Shown: piece by piece, positions 15,281 through 24,026 of the stretch
Numbering within the stretch: the first letter of the stretch is position 1
Layout of the letters: the number at the start of each line of letters is the position of its first letter
Virus record (IMG/VR): IMGVR_UViG_3300011334_000302
Span: 1 to 28,131 of that record
Source of the DNA: a virus
Lineage: Duplodnaviria; Caudoviricetes
Length of the DNA: 28,131 bases
Strand: one strand, 5' to 3'
Notes under the pieces: model-generated
Databases searched by the model: none
What the model saw: the letters and a program-made list of their open reading frames with translations, nothing else
Told to the model about the DNA's origin: nothing
Program-made: the position numbers and the translations under genes

Positions 15281-17009
15281 TTCGCCATCGGCTAACCCGA
15301 CGCCGATTACACCCCCACGGGTGGCGATGATTGACCCGCGCACAGGTCTGATTGACCGCGCCTGGTATATGTTCTTCTTGAGTCTGTTCAACACGGCCAC
15401 TGTCGCCCAAGACGCCGCGATTGGGCCAGATACCGACAGCTTGCTAGCCTCCTTTGATGCCGAACTTCGCACACTCAGCGATGAAGTCGGCACGCAGTAC
15501 GACGCGCAGTCGGGGCTGGCTTGCTTGGCGGCGGCGCTTTCCGCGTTGGAACAGCAGTTTGCCTCGCAGCCGTCGGCTGAAGTGGGCGAACTGCAACAGC
15601 AAATTGATGCGCTGACGCAAGCGGTTGCCATCCAGCCCGCTGCGCTGCCGCTAAACTCAGGCGCGTTTTTCAACATCATTGGCCCCGCCACCGCGGGCAG
15701 CGCAGCGTATGGTGACGGGTCGTCTATCGCCTTCTCGGCGGCGGGCAGTTCCGGCCAGTTGTTAACCTCCGGCGGCTCAGGCGCGCCTACTTGGACATCG
15801 CTGTCCAGCATCGGCGTGACCTCCATCAGCTTTGGCTCGACGGGACTGACGCCAGCCACGGCTACCAGCGGGGCCATAACAGTTGCCGGAACGCTGGCTG
15901 TGGCCAACGGCGGCACGGGGCAGACCAGCTACACCAACGGGCAGTTGCTGATCGGCAACACCACCGGCAATACGTTGGCCAAAGCTACGCTGACCGCCAG
16001 CACCGGCATTAGCGTAACCAACGGGGCCGGATCCATTACGCTGACCAACACCGCCCCTGACCAAGTGGTGTCCCTGACCGGCGCAGGTACGACCACCATT
16101 TCGGGGACGTATCCTAGCTTTACCATTACGTCAAACGACGCTTACGTCGGTACCGTGACTTCGGTTGGGCTGTCGATGCCCACGCAGTTCACGGTGACCA
16201 ATTCGCCGGTCACCAGCAGCGGTACGCTCACCGCCGCCTGGAACACGCAAACCGCCAACTATGTGCTGGCTGGCCCGACCACTGGCGCTGCCGCTGTACC
16301 CACTTTCCGCGCCCTTGTGGCGGGTGATATCCCGACATTAAGCTACGTCTCGTCTGTCAGCGCCACGGCCCCTATTACCTCCACAGGCGGTCTGACGCCT
16401 ACAATTGCGGTGACTTCGGCGGCGTTGACAAAGACCGACGATACCAACGTCACGTTGACGCTGGGCGGTTCCCCGACGACAGCCCTGCTGGCGGCAACTT
16501 CATTGACGCTAGGCTGGACAGGAACGCTGGCTGTGGGGCGCGGCGGGCTTGGCATCTCCACGACGCCCAGCAACGGTTTTGTCCCCATCGGCAACGGCAC
16601 CAACTACACGGCTGCGGCGCTGACGGCTGGCACCGGCATCACGATCACCAACGCTTCGGGTGCCATAACCATCGCCGCAACGGCTGGCGGCGGTTCTGCG
16701 CCGATCACCAAGACGGCCAACTTTACGGTTGCCAACGGCGACACTTGGTACATCAACAACAAGACCGGCTCGGCGTGTACGGTGACGTTACCTACGGCGT
16801 CCAGTTACACGGGTCGGGAGTTGAAATTTGTCAACTACCAAGCGCAGACCCTCATTTCGGCGTCCAGCAACGTAGTGCCGTTGGGCGGCGGTTCGGCGGG
16901 TACGGCAATTCTGGCCGCCTCTGTGGGCGACTGGGCGACGCTTGTATCTGATGGCACAAACTGGATAATCATGCAAGCCGCCGCGAACAACTGTTTGCTG
17001 CTTGAATAA
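15273..17009 (+). CDS. Tail needle/fibre protein (gp26 position), 578 aa
   Basis: ATG at 15273 overlaps the gp10 end. N-terminal PPRVAMIDPRTGLIDRAWYMFF, coiled coil AEVGELQQQIDAL, long T/G/S-rich fibre repeats (GTLAVANGGTG), C-terminal ATLVSDGTNWIIM. Confidence 0.7.
   Translation: MPSSPSANPTPITPPRVAMIDPRTGLIDRAWYMFFLSLFNTATVAQDAAIGPDTDSLLASFDAELRTLSDEVGTQYDAQSGLACLAAALSALEQQFASQPSAEVGELQQQIDALTQAVAIQPAALPLNSGAFFNIIGPATAGSAAYGDGSSIAFSAAGSSGQLLTSGGSGAPTWTSLSSIGVTSISFGSTGLTPATATSGAITVAGTLAVANGGTGQTSYTNGQLLIGNTTGNTLAKATLTASTGISVTNGAGSITLTNTAPDQVVSLTGAGTTTISGTYPSFTITSNDAYVGTVTSVGLSMPTQFTVTNSPVTSSGTLTAAWNTQTANYVLAGPTTGAAAVPTFRALVAGDIPTLSYVSSVSATAPITSTGGLTPTIAVTSAALTKTDDTNVTLTLGGSPTTALLAATSLTLGWTGTLAVGRGGLGISTTPSNGFVPIGNGTNYTAAALTAGTGITITNASGAITIAATAGGGSAPITKTANFTVANGDTWYINNKTGSACTVTLPTASSYTGRELKFVNYQAQTLISASSNVVPLGGGSAGTAILAASVGDWATLVSDGTNWIIMQAAANNCLLLE
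15888..16536 (+). repeat. 16-bp exact direct repeat GGAACGCTGGCTGTGG at 15888 and 16521, starting two ~55-aa protein repeats
   Basis: Direct comparison of the two copies; they are 633 bp apart and in frame. Confidence 0.7.
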
Positions 17010-17018
17010 GGAATTCGT

Positions 17019-17354
17019 ATGACCGTTTCCGTCAAAATCCTGATCCCCGCCAAGACTGCCGAAGCCAGCCAGACGACGCAGTACACTGCGGCGGGCGTGA
17101 CTGCGCTGATCGACAAGTTCACGGCCACCAACTACAGCGCCTCGGCGGCAACGATCAGCGTCAATCTGGTCACGGCTGCCGATACGGCGGGCAACCAGAA
17201 CCTGATTGTGAAGACCAAGACGCTCCAGGCGGGGGAGACCTACACGTTCCCCGAATTGGTCGGCTCGGCGCTGGCCCCCAGCGGATTTATCTCCACTATC
17301 GCCGGTACGGCTAGCGCCATCAACATCCGCGCTAATGGGCGGGAAGTGACGTGA
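17019..17354 (+). CDS. Hypothetical virion protein
   Basis: AAGGA RBS, 111 aa beta-sandwich-like: IDKFTATN..ISVNLV..GETYTFPELVG..L.PSGFIS. Confidence 0.7.
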   Translation: MTVSVKILIPAKTAEASQTTQYTAAGVTALIDKFTATNYSASAATISVNLVTAADTAGNQNLIVKTKTLQAGETYTFPELVGSALAPSGFISTIAGTASAINIRANGREVT

Positions 17355-17812
17355 TTGTACGCCGCGCCGTAGAAACGGATTTGAGCCAGTACCTAGTGCT
17401 GGCAAACCGTTTTCATGCGGCGTCGCCGGTACACAACGTGATACCTTTTGACAACGAAGGGTATAGCGAGTTCTACCGTGGGGCGTTAGCCAATGAAGCG
17501 CTTGCCCTGTGGGTTGCCGAAGACTCCGATGCTTTGATAGGGATTGCAGGCGCTATTGCCTACCCCATGTACTTCAGCCCAACGCACAAAGTGGTGCAAG
17601 AACTTTGGTGGTGGCTGGAACCGCAGTCTCGGGGTAGCGGCGCGGGAAAAGGAATGTTTAACGCGATTGACCAGTGGGCCAAAGAAATCGGTGCTACGGC
17701 GCTGTTGATGGCCGCGCTTGAGGACAATCGAACTGAAAAGATGCACAATGTATACGCTCGCGCAGGCTTTACGCCTATGGAGCGCACGTTTATCCGCGAG
17801 GTAGCGCAATGA
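17351..17812 (+). CDS. GNAT-family acetyltransferase
   Basis: GTGA overlap. MIVRRA start, ELWWWLEPQSRGSGAG acetyl-CoA motif A, YARAGF motif B. Confidence 0.8.
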   Translation: MIVRRAVETDLSQYLVLANRFHAASPVHNVIPFDNEGYSEFYRGALANEALALWVAEDSDALIGIAGAIAYPMYFSPTHKVVQELWWWLEPQSRGSGAGKGMFNAIDQWAKEIGATALLMAALEDNRTEKMHNVYARAGFTPMERTFIREVAQ

Positions 17813-18564
17813 TCGGGACAGCAGCAGCATTGGCGGCTATGGCCGCAGCCACAGTTGCATCAAGTGCAATTGGTTCTAGCGCGGCCAAAAGCGCCGCTGG
17901 TACTCAATCAGCAGCAGCAGATCGCGCAGCACAATTGCAGGCCGATCAATTTGCCCAGCAACGCGCTGACCAAGAGCCGTTTCGTCAAGCGGGCATCACC
18001 ACGCAGAACGAATTGCTACGGCAACTTGGTCTAGGCGGTGAAGCAGGATCCGCAGGCTATGGCAACCTCATGCGGAACTTTAGCCAACAAGATTTCCAAG
18101 CTGACCCAGGATACGGCTTTCGCATGAGCGAGGGTTTGAAAGCTATTGATCGTCAAGCTGCGGCTCGCGGCGGCCTGATTTCCGGCGGCGCTCTTAAAGC
18201 GGCGCAAGGCTATGGCCAAGATTTGGCGTCGCAAGAATACCAAAACGCTTTTGCGCGGTACAATCAGAATCGCCAGCTTAACTACAATATGCTCTCCGGC
18301 CAACAGGCCGTAGGCCAAGGCGCTACTAATGCAATGGGCGCGGCAGGTCAAAATTACGCCAATCAAGCAGGCGATGCGTACATGGGCGCAGCCAATGCGC
18401 GAGCGTCGGGGTATATCGGCAGCGCTAACGCCATCGGACAAGGCGTGGGCGGGTTGACTAATATGTATATGCAAAATCAATTTTTGAATCGGTTTTATCC
18501 TAGCTCTGGTAGCGGGGGCGGGTTTTTACCGCAAGGAATGTTTGGCGGCGGCTCTCCGAGGTGA
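17809..18564 (+). CDS. DNA ejection (pilot) protein, P22 gp7-like
   Basis: Hydrophobic A/G-rich N-terminus and A/Q-rich body with DPGYGFRMSEGLKAIDRQAAARGGLISGGALKA. First of three ejection-type genes. Confidence 0.75.
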   Translation: MIGTAAALAAMAAATVASSAIGSSAAKSAAGTQSAAADRAAQLQADQFAQQRADQEPFRQAGITTQNELLRQLGLGGEAGSAGYGNLMRNFSQQDFQADPGYGFRMSEGLKAIDRQAAARGGLISGGALKAAQGYGQDLASQEYQNAFARYNQNRQLNYNMLSGQQAVGQGATNAMGAAGQNYANQAGDAYMGAANARASGYIGSANAIGQGVGGLTNMYMQNQFLNRFYPSSGSGGGFLPQGMFGGGSPR

Positions 18565-18567
18565 TGT

Positions 18568-19851
18568 ATGCCAATTGATTCACGAATTGCTCTTGGCTAT
18601 CAGGCTCCGCAGATTGAGTCGCCCATCAACATGATGATGGCGGCGCAGAAGATGCAGTCTGGTCAGCAAGAGAACGCCTTGCGCCAAGCGCAAATGGAAA
18701 ATGTGCGGTCGGAAATCGACCAGCGCAATGCGCTACTGCCTAGCCAACTTGCTAAAGCCAAGATGGACGCAGCAACCGCAGCACTTACGCAGGATGAAAA
18801 AACACTTGCGGTAGCCGATAAACGGTATGGTGCGTTTCGAAGTGTAACTAGCGCGTTAGCAAACAAGCCCAACGTCACCAAAGACGATGCTATCGCTGCG
18901 GCTCGCGGTTTGGTGGCTATTGGTATGCTTGACCAAGACAAAGCCGATGCAATGTTGGGGCAATTGCCCGACGAACCTTTTGCGCTGCAAGCAGCGTTAC
19001 GGCAAAGCGCCATTCAAGAACTGACGCCCGAGCAGAGGATTACGCTGTTTGCGCCTAAACCCGACAAAATTGCGGCTGGGGGCGTTACGCGCGTTGTGGA
19101 TTTGAACCCAAATAGCCCAACGTATAAGCAGCCTGTTTTGGATGTTCAACACACAGCAACTCCTAGCGAAATTCTTACCGACAAGCGGTTGCGCGAAAAA
19201 GGCGCAGGCGCGGCTACGCCGCTTTTGAATCAAGCAATTTTGGACGGGCGTGTGCCAGTTTCGCGCCTTAATAGCCGCACTGCGCCGTTGTTTGAAGCGG
19301 CGTTACAAGTTGATCCGCAAGCGGATCTTACGGCGCTCAACATCGGCCAGTTAGGTGCCGCCGCAGGCGCGCGCACGGCAGGCACTACATCGGCCAACAT
19401 TGAAATTGCCAGTGACGAAGCCAATCGCATGATCGGCGTGCTGCGCGACATCATTCCGACTGTTAACTTGACTGATTACCCGTCTATTAACGCGGTTCAG
19501 AATGCCGTTAGTAAAGGTACGGGCGGCGTCGAAGTTGTTAAACTTAATACCGCTATCAATTCGCTTATCAACTCCTATGCCCGTGCTATCAATCCGCGCG
19601 GTCAACCGACCGTTAGTGATAAGAGCCATGCCCGCGAAGTCATTAATAACGCAATGTCTAAGGGCCAATTGGCTGGAACATTGGAAGTTATGGAAGCTGA
19701 AATGCGGGCGGCGCTTGAAGCAGCAACGGCGGCAGGCGCGCGGCGCGGCAAAGCGGGCGGTGAAACGCCTGCCGCTGGCACGCCAGAGGGTATGCCTTCG
19801 GCTGACGCGATTGCGGCGGAAATTGCGCGCCGTAAAGCAGGTAAAAAGTAA
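18568..19851 (+). CDS. Putative DNA ejection protein (gp20 position)
   Basis: 427 aa, A/Q-rich helical. Assignment rests on synteny only. Confidence 0.6.
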   Translation: MPIDSRIALGYQAPQIESPINMMMAAQKMQSGQQENALRQAQMENVRSEIDQRNALLPSQLAKAKMDAATAALTQDEKTLAVADKRYGAFRSVTSALANKPNVTKDDAIAAARGLVAIGMLDQDKADAMLGQLPDEPFALQAALRQSAIQELTPEQRITLFAPKPDKIAAGGVTRVVDLNPNSPTYKQPVLDVQHTATPSEILTDKRLREKGAGAATPLLNQAILDGRVPVSRLNSRTAPLFEAALQVDPQADLTALNIGQLGAAAGARTAGTTSANIEIASDEANRMIGVLRDIIPTVNLTDYPSINAVQNAVSKGTGGVEVVKLNTAINSLINSYARAINPRGQPTVSDKSHAREVINNAMSKGQLAGTLEVMEAEMRAALEAATAAGARRGKAGGETPAAGTPEGMPSADAIAAEIARRKAGKK

Positions 19852-21785
19852 TGGCCGTTGATCTTGCCAAGTTATCCGATGCTGACTTAGACGCGTTGCA
19901 AAAAGGTGATCTGTCAAAGGTTTCCGACGAAGGCTTGGCACATCTGTCTGGTCAACCGCCTAAAGCCAAACCGTCACGTGAAGAAACAGTGGCGCGCGCG
20001 CGTTTGGCGGCTGGCGCTGGCTATGGATCGGCGTCGCCAGAATACGCCCGCGTTTTGCAGACGGGCTTGACCGATATTCCGGTGGCCATTGGCGAACTGA
20101 CTGGCCTTGTTTCGCCTGAGTATGTTCGCCAACGCGAAGCGCAATACCAGACGGCAGCGGCTAAAGTCCCGGCAGCGGGGTTGGGCCGCGCTTTCGGCGG
20201 CGCTATTACCAGCGCGCCTTTGGCTTTTATTCCTGGCGCACCTGCCGGTATGGGGCTGTTAGGCCGCGTGGGTGTTGGCGCTGCGACCGGCGCGGGTATT
20301 GGCGCAATCTCACAACCCACTAGCGGACAAGGCAACTTTCTTACTGAGAAAGGCGGCCAAATGCTGGGCGGCGCTTTGGTTGGTGGCGCGTTGCCGGTAG
20401 TTGGCGCAGGGCTAGGTGAAGCCGCTAATTGGATGTCGGCTATGCGAGATCGCTTGTCGCCCGACATGAACGCTTTGCGTATTACCCGCGAAGCGTTGGC
20501 AAACGATCCCAATCAACTTGCCGCCGTTGTTGCGGCCAATGCGGCGCAGCCTAACGCGTTGGCTAGCCGAACCGCAGCAAGCCTTCCTCAAGAATTGCCC
20601 GCGTATCAAGCGTTGCTCAAAATGGCCGAAACCATTGACCCTGCGGCGACAGCTAACGCAGCAAAAATTACGGAAACCAATGCGCATTTGGCTGAACTTG
20701 CGCGAATTGCTGGCGGCACAACAGCAACGGAAAACATTACCGCGCAAAACGCGGCGTTTGGTGGCTTGAATGCCGTTACTGCGCCTCAACGTGAAGCCGC
20801 GTTAACCGGCGCAATGATGACTAAAATTGTGCCGCTTGCGCAACAACGCGGCCCTTTAGGCGAAAAATTAACGACAGCTGCTTCAACTATCAGTGAAGGT
20901 GTGAATGTCGCGCCATTGACCACTGCCGTGCAAGACATTAAAGCGCCGCCTGGAATTCGTTCATCTACCGTAGTGCAAGAAACACTTTCCAAAGTTGACG
21001 CCAAACTGCGCGAACACGCCAAAGAAAGTAACGGGTTTATTCATCCTGAAGATTTGTACACGGTTCGTAAAGAAATTGGCGATTACATTAATGAAGCCGC
21101 GGATAAAAATAAAAATTGGGATAAACGATTAGCAGGCAAGTTGCAAAATTCTTTGCAAGACGCGTTTGACGCCGCAATTGAAACAGCTGGCGGCACCGGC
21201 TGGAAGGATTACTTGACGGCTTATTCTGCGGGTATGCACGGCATTAACCAGCAAGAATTGGCCGCGCAAGCATTGCAAATGTACAAATCATCGCCCGCGC
21301 AATTTGTGGATTTGATTCGCGGTGACAATCCTGCGGCAGTTGAAAAAGTATTTGGCCCTAACACTTACGACATCGTTAAGGAAATGGGAACCAAAATTAT
21401 TCCGATGCAGAAAATTGCCGGTGAAGCGGCGTTGGGCTTGCGCGCAGAAGACCAAGCCGGTAAAGGCGCATCTGCGTTGTCTGGCATTTTGGCGCGCAAT
21501 CAACTTAACGCAGCTATACCAAATTTTCTTAGCCCCAAAATTACGTTGGCTAACACTGTCATTCAAGGGCTGGAAGGCCGCGTCAACGCTAAAACTATGG
21601 TTGCGTTGACCAAAGCCGTGCAGTCGGGCGCGAGCATGAATGACTTGTTGATGATGACGCCGCCCAGCGAGCGCAGCGTGGTGCTGTCGGCGCTGCGTAA
21701 TCTCCCGCAAGCCACCAATGCCATGTCACCGTATCTTATTAATCGCCTTGCACCTACCGCGCCGTCTGGAGTTCAGCAGCAATGA
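19851..21785 (+). CDS. Putative DNA ejection protein (gp16 position)
   Basis: TAATG coupling, 644 aa. DLAKLSDADL/DLSKVSDEGL N-terminal repeats and G/A-rich hydrophobic segments. Synteny supports the call. Confidence 0.6.
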   Translation: MAVDLAKLSDADLDALQKGDLSKVSDEGLAHLSGQPPKAKPSREETVARARLAAGAGYGSASPEYARVLQTGLTDIPVAIGELTGLVSPEYVRQREAQYQTAAAKVPAAGLGRAFGGAITSAPLAFIPGAPAGMGLLGRVGVGAATGAGIGAISQPTSGQGNFLTEKGGQMLGGALVGGALPVVGAGLGEAANWMSAMRDRLSPDMNALRITREALANDPNQLAAVVAANAAQPNALASRTAASLPQELPAYQALLKMAETIDPAATANAAKITETNAHLAELARIAGGTTATENITAQNAAFGGLNAVTAPQREAALTGAMMTKIVPLAQQRGPLGEKLTTAASTISEGVNVAPLTTAVQDIKAPPGIRSSTVVQETLSKVDAKLREHAKESNGFIHPEDLYTVRKEIGDYINEAADKNKNWDKRLAGKLQNSLQDAFDAAIETAGGTGWKDYLTAYSAGMHGINQQELAAQALQMYKSSPAQFVDLIRGDNPAAVEKVFGPNTYDIVKEMGTKIIPMQKIAGEAALGLRAEDQAGKGASALSGILARNQLNAAIPNFLSPKITLANTVIQGLEGRVNAKTMVALTKAVQSGASMNDLLMMTPPSERSVVLSALRNLPQATNAMSPYLINRLAPTAPSGVQQQ

Positions 21786-21997
21786 CCAAGCCCCCTAAGA
21801 AACCCGTCGTCAAGCGCGCCAGTGCTGCGGATGTGGACGCCAAGATCGACGCTCATGTGGACATTTGCGCGCTCCGGTACGAAGGCATTGAAATGCAGAT
21901 GCGGGGCATGAACGCTAGGCTCAAGCGCATTGAGGCTATCTTCATCGGCAGCGCGGGCGCGATCATCTTGCTGCTGGCGCACTTAGTAACCAAATGA
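21782..21997 (+). CDS. Small membrane protein (coiled coil plus C-terminal TM), lysis-associated
   Basis: ATGA overlap. HVDICALRYE..NARLKRIE followed by hydrophobic IFIGSAGAIILLLAHLV. Confidence 0.65.
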   Translation: MTKPPKKPVVKRASAADVDAKIDAHVDICALRYEGIEMQMRGMNARLKRIEAIFIGSAGAIILLLAHLVTK

Positions 21998-22221
21998 AAG
22001 CCAAGCTGACCTTCTATGTGACGTTGATGGTCAGCGCCACGTTGTGCCTTGTGATCTTTGCAATGGTCGCAACGCTAATGATGGGCCTGTTTAACGACAA
22101 AGTGGACAACAGCGAAATATTTAAACTTATCTCGCCTGCGTTCCAAACAGTCGTTGGCGGGTTCATAGGCCTGCTGGCTGGTGTAAAACTGTCTCACGAC
22201 GATGAGGATGACGCCCCATGA
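21994..22221 (+). CDS. Two-TM membrane protein (holin/antiholin candidate)
   Basis: ATGA overlap. Two hydrophobic segments and an acidic C-tail DDEDDAP. Confidence 0.65.
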   Translation: MKAKLTFYVTLMVSATLCLVIFAMVATLMMGLFNDKVDNSEIFKLISPAFQTVVGGFIGLLAGVKLSHDDEDDAP

Positions 22222-22733
22222 TGACGTTACTCTCGACGGTGATTTCGTTCTTGATGGGTGGGTTGCCCAAAATCCTCGACTTCTTTCAAGACCGTGCTGA
22301 CAAGGGTCACGAACTGGCTTTGGCGAGGATGCAGACGGAGCGTGAATTGGAGTTACGCAAGGCCGGCTTTGAAGCCCAAGAGCGTGTGGAGCATATCCAC
22401 ACGGAGCAGCTTCAAATCGAATCGGACGCGCAGAGCAAACAGACGCTCATCACCGCGCAGCAAGCCGAGATGCAGGCCGTCTATGCCCACGATATGAGCC
22501 TCAACGAAGGCACTAGCGTGTGGGTAAAGAACTTTCGTGCATTGGTTCGGCCAGTTATCACCTACGGGTTCTTTTTTCTGTTGGTAGCGATTGACCTGGG
22601 GTTGTTCTTTTACGGATGGCACAAAGGCACTGACTTCAAGGAATTGGCCGACTTGCTTTGGGACAATGACACGCAAGCGTTGTTTGCCTCAATTCTAAGC
22701 TTTCATTTCGGGGGGAGGGCGTTTGGCAAGTGA
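22218..22733 (+). CDS. Holin-like protein (GTA-type 3TM holin family)
   Basis: N-terminal amphipathic helix, coiled coil, WVKNFRALVRPVITY plus TM segments, C-terminal FHFGGRAFGK. Directly before the lysozyme. Confidence 0.7.
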   Translation: MMTLLSTVISFLMGGLPKILDFFQDRADKGHELALARMQTERELELRKAGFEAQERVEHIHTEQLQIESDAQSKQTLITAQQAEMQAVYAHDMSLNEGTSVWVKNFRALVRPVITYGFFFLLVAIDLGLFFYGWHKGTDFKELADLLWDNDTQALFASILSFHFGGRAFGK

Positions 22734-23212
22734 ACGTCTCTGCCGACTGTCTTCACACCATCAAACATCATGAGGGCGTAAGGCTGCGGCCTTACCGCTG
22801 CCCGGCGCTGCTGTGGACGGTGGGCGTGGGCCACGTCCTGTACCCAGACCAAGGCAGGCTCAAGCTAGAGGATCGCCGAGGGTATGCACTCAAGGACGCC
22901 GACAATCGCGCATGGTCGCAGGACGAGGTGGAAACACTACTGCGCCGTGACCTTGCGCGGTTTGAGTCAGGGGTGGCCCGAATGTGCCCTGCTGCTAGCA
23001 GTCATCAAGGGCGCTTTGACGCATTGGTAAGCTTCAGCTTTAACGTCGGCTTGGGCACGCTGCAACGCTCGACCCTGCGGGCCAAATTCAATCGCGGCGA
23101 CGTTGCTGGCGCTGCACAAGAATTCCTGAAGTTCACCAAGGCTGGCGGCAAGGTGCTAAAAGGTTTAGTCAACCGCCGCAACGATGAACTGAGGATGTAT
23201 GGCCGGTCTTGA
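22730..23212 (+). CDS. Endolysin, GH24 (T4-like) lysozyme
   Basis: Catalytic triad E15-x8-C24-x5-T30 (HEGVRLRPYRCPALLWTVGVGH), FDALVSFSFNVG, GGKVLKGLVNRRNDE. Confidence 0.92.
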   Translation: MNVSADCLHTIKHHEGVRLRPYRCPALLWTVGVGHVLYPDQGRLKLEDRRGYALKDADNRAWSQDEVETLLRRDLARFESGVARMCPAASSHQGRFDALVSFSFNVGLGTLQRSTLRAKFNRGDVAGAAQEFLKFTKAGGKVLKGLVNRRNDELRMYGRS

Positions 23213-23771
23213 CGACATCACCAACCCGCTAAATCAGGCCGAGGGCGCACTCAAAGCAGCCCGCGGCGTGCTTAACGAAGGCGTTGGGCTGGTCAAGGAC
23301 GTTGCTCAGGTTGCTGGCGAGGTGCAGCAGTACAGGGAAAACCGTCAGGACGAGAAGGCTATCGCCCCATCGTTGCTGAACCGCCGTGCCACCAAGCGCG
23401 TCATTAAGCGTGGCACCAAACAGGTTGAAGCGGACTACGATTCGGATCTGGACTCCTCGATGGCTGCGGCCAAGAAAGTCTTGATCGAGAAGAAGCGGGC
23501 TGAAGACGAAGCCGCGATGGTCTGGTCGATGTCCAAAGAGGAACGCGATGCGTACTACGCCGAGAAAGCTGCCCAAATCGAGAGAATTAAAGCCGAAAAG
23601 TTGCGTTTAATCCGCGAGGAAGATGCCCGACAAGAACGCAACGAGTTGATCTTTGCAGTGGTGTTTGGGGTGGTTGCGACGGGGGTGGTCATATGGGGTT
23701 TTCTCGCGTGGATCGCCGTGATGAAAGGCAGTGGTATGACCTGGTTGCCCGGCATAACGTGGATCAGGTGA
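23199..23771 (+). CDS. Hypothetical C-terminally anchored coiled-coil membrane protein
   Basis: GAGG RBS, 190 aa. Amphipathic N-helix, charged coiled coil, TM LIFAVVFGVVATGVVIWGFLAWIAVM. Confidence 0.65.
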   Translation: MAGLDDITNPLNQAEGALKAARGVLNEGVGLVKDVAQVAGEVQQYRENRQDEKAIAPSLLNRRATKRVIKRGTKQVEADYDSDLDSSMAAAKKVLIEKKRAEDEAAMVWSMSKEERDAYYAEKAAQIERIKAEKLRLIREEDARQERNELIFAVVFGVVATGVVIWGFLAWIAVMKGSGMTWLPGITWIR

Positions 23772-23878
23772 AAATCACACCTGCGGATGCCAGCCTGATC
23801 GTCACCAGCCCGCAGGAAGTGCAAAAGAATCTCGAAGAATGGCGGCGCTTTGAGGCTAGGATTCACATAGTGGTATGA
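23768..23878 (+). CDS. Small hypothetical protein (36 aa)
   Basis: GTGA overlap with the previous stop. Translates to MKITPADASLIVTSPQEVQKNLEEWRRFEARIHIVV. Confidence 0.4.
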   Translation: MKITPADASLIVTSPQEVQKNLEEWRRFEARIHIVV

Positions 23879-24026
23879 TCGGCCAGTGATGTCTGGCCCG
23901 ATGCGCGGGCAGTGGTTGGAAGGAAGCTGAAGGGCACGTCCCGAAATCTAAGGCACTCTCCGCCCCAATCGACAAGGCGCAAAGTTCGTGCGTCCCACGG
24001 CCTCCCGGCAGGACGACCCTGCACAT
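23856..24026 (-). CDS. Possible 56-aa hypothetical protein
   Basis: TGATG coupling to the HNH stop. Translates to MCRVVLPGGRGTHELCALSIGAESALDFGTCPSASFQPLPAHRARHHWPIIPLCES. No recognisable motif. Confidence 0.25.
   Translation of the reverse strand: MCRVVLPGGRGTHELCALSIGAESALDFGTCPSASFQPLPAHRARHHWPIIPLCES

Noticed and set aside
22218-22223. Met-Met start suggesting a holin/antiholin dual start
   Set aside because: There is no charged residue between the two Mets, unlike lambda S (Met-Lys-Met); the first ATG simply forms the ATGA overlap.
23927-23946. CTGAAGGGCACGTCCCGAAA resembling a hammerhead ribozyme core
   Set aside because: The core is CUGAAGG rather than CUGANGA, and I could not form stems I and III with a cleavage triplet.
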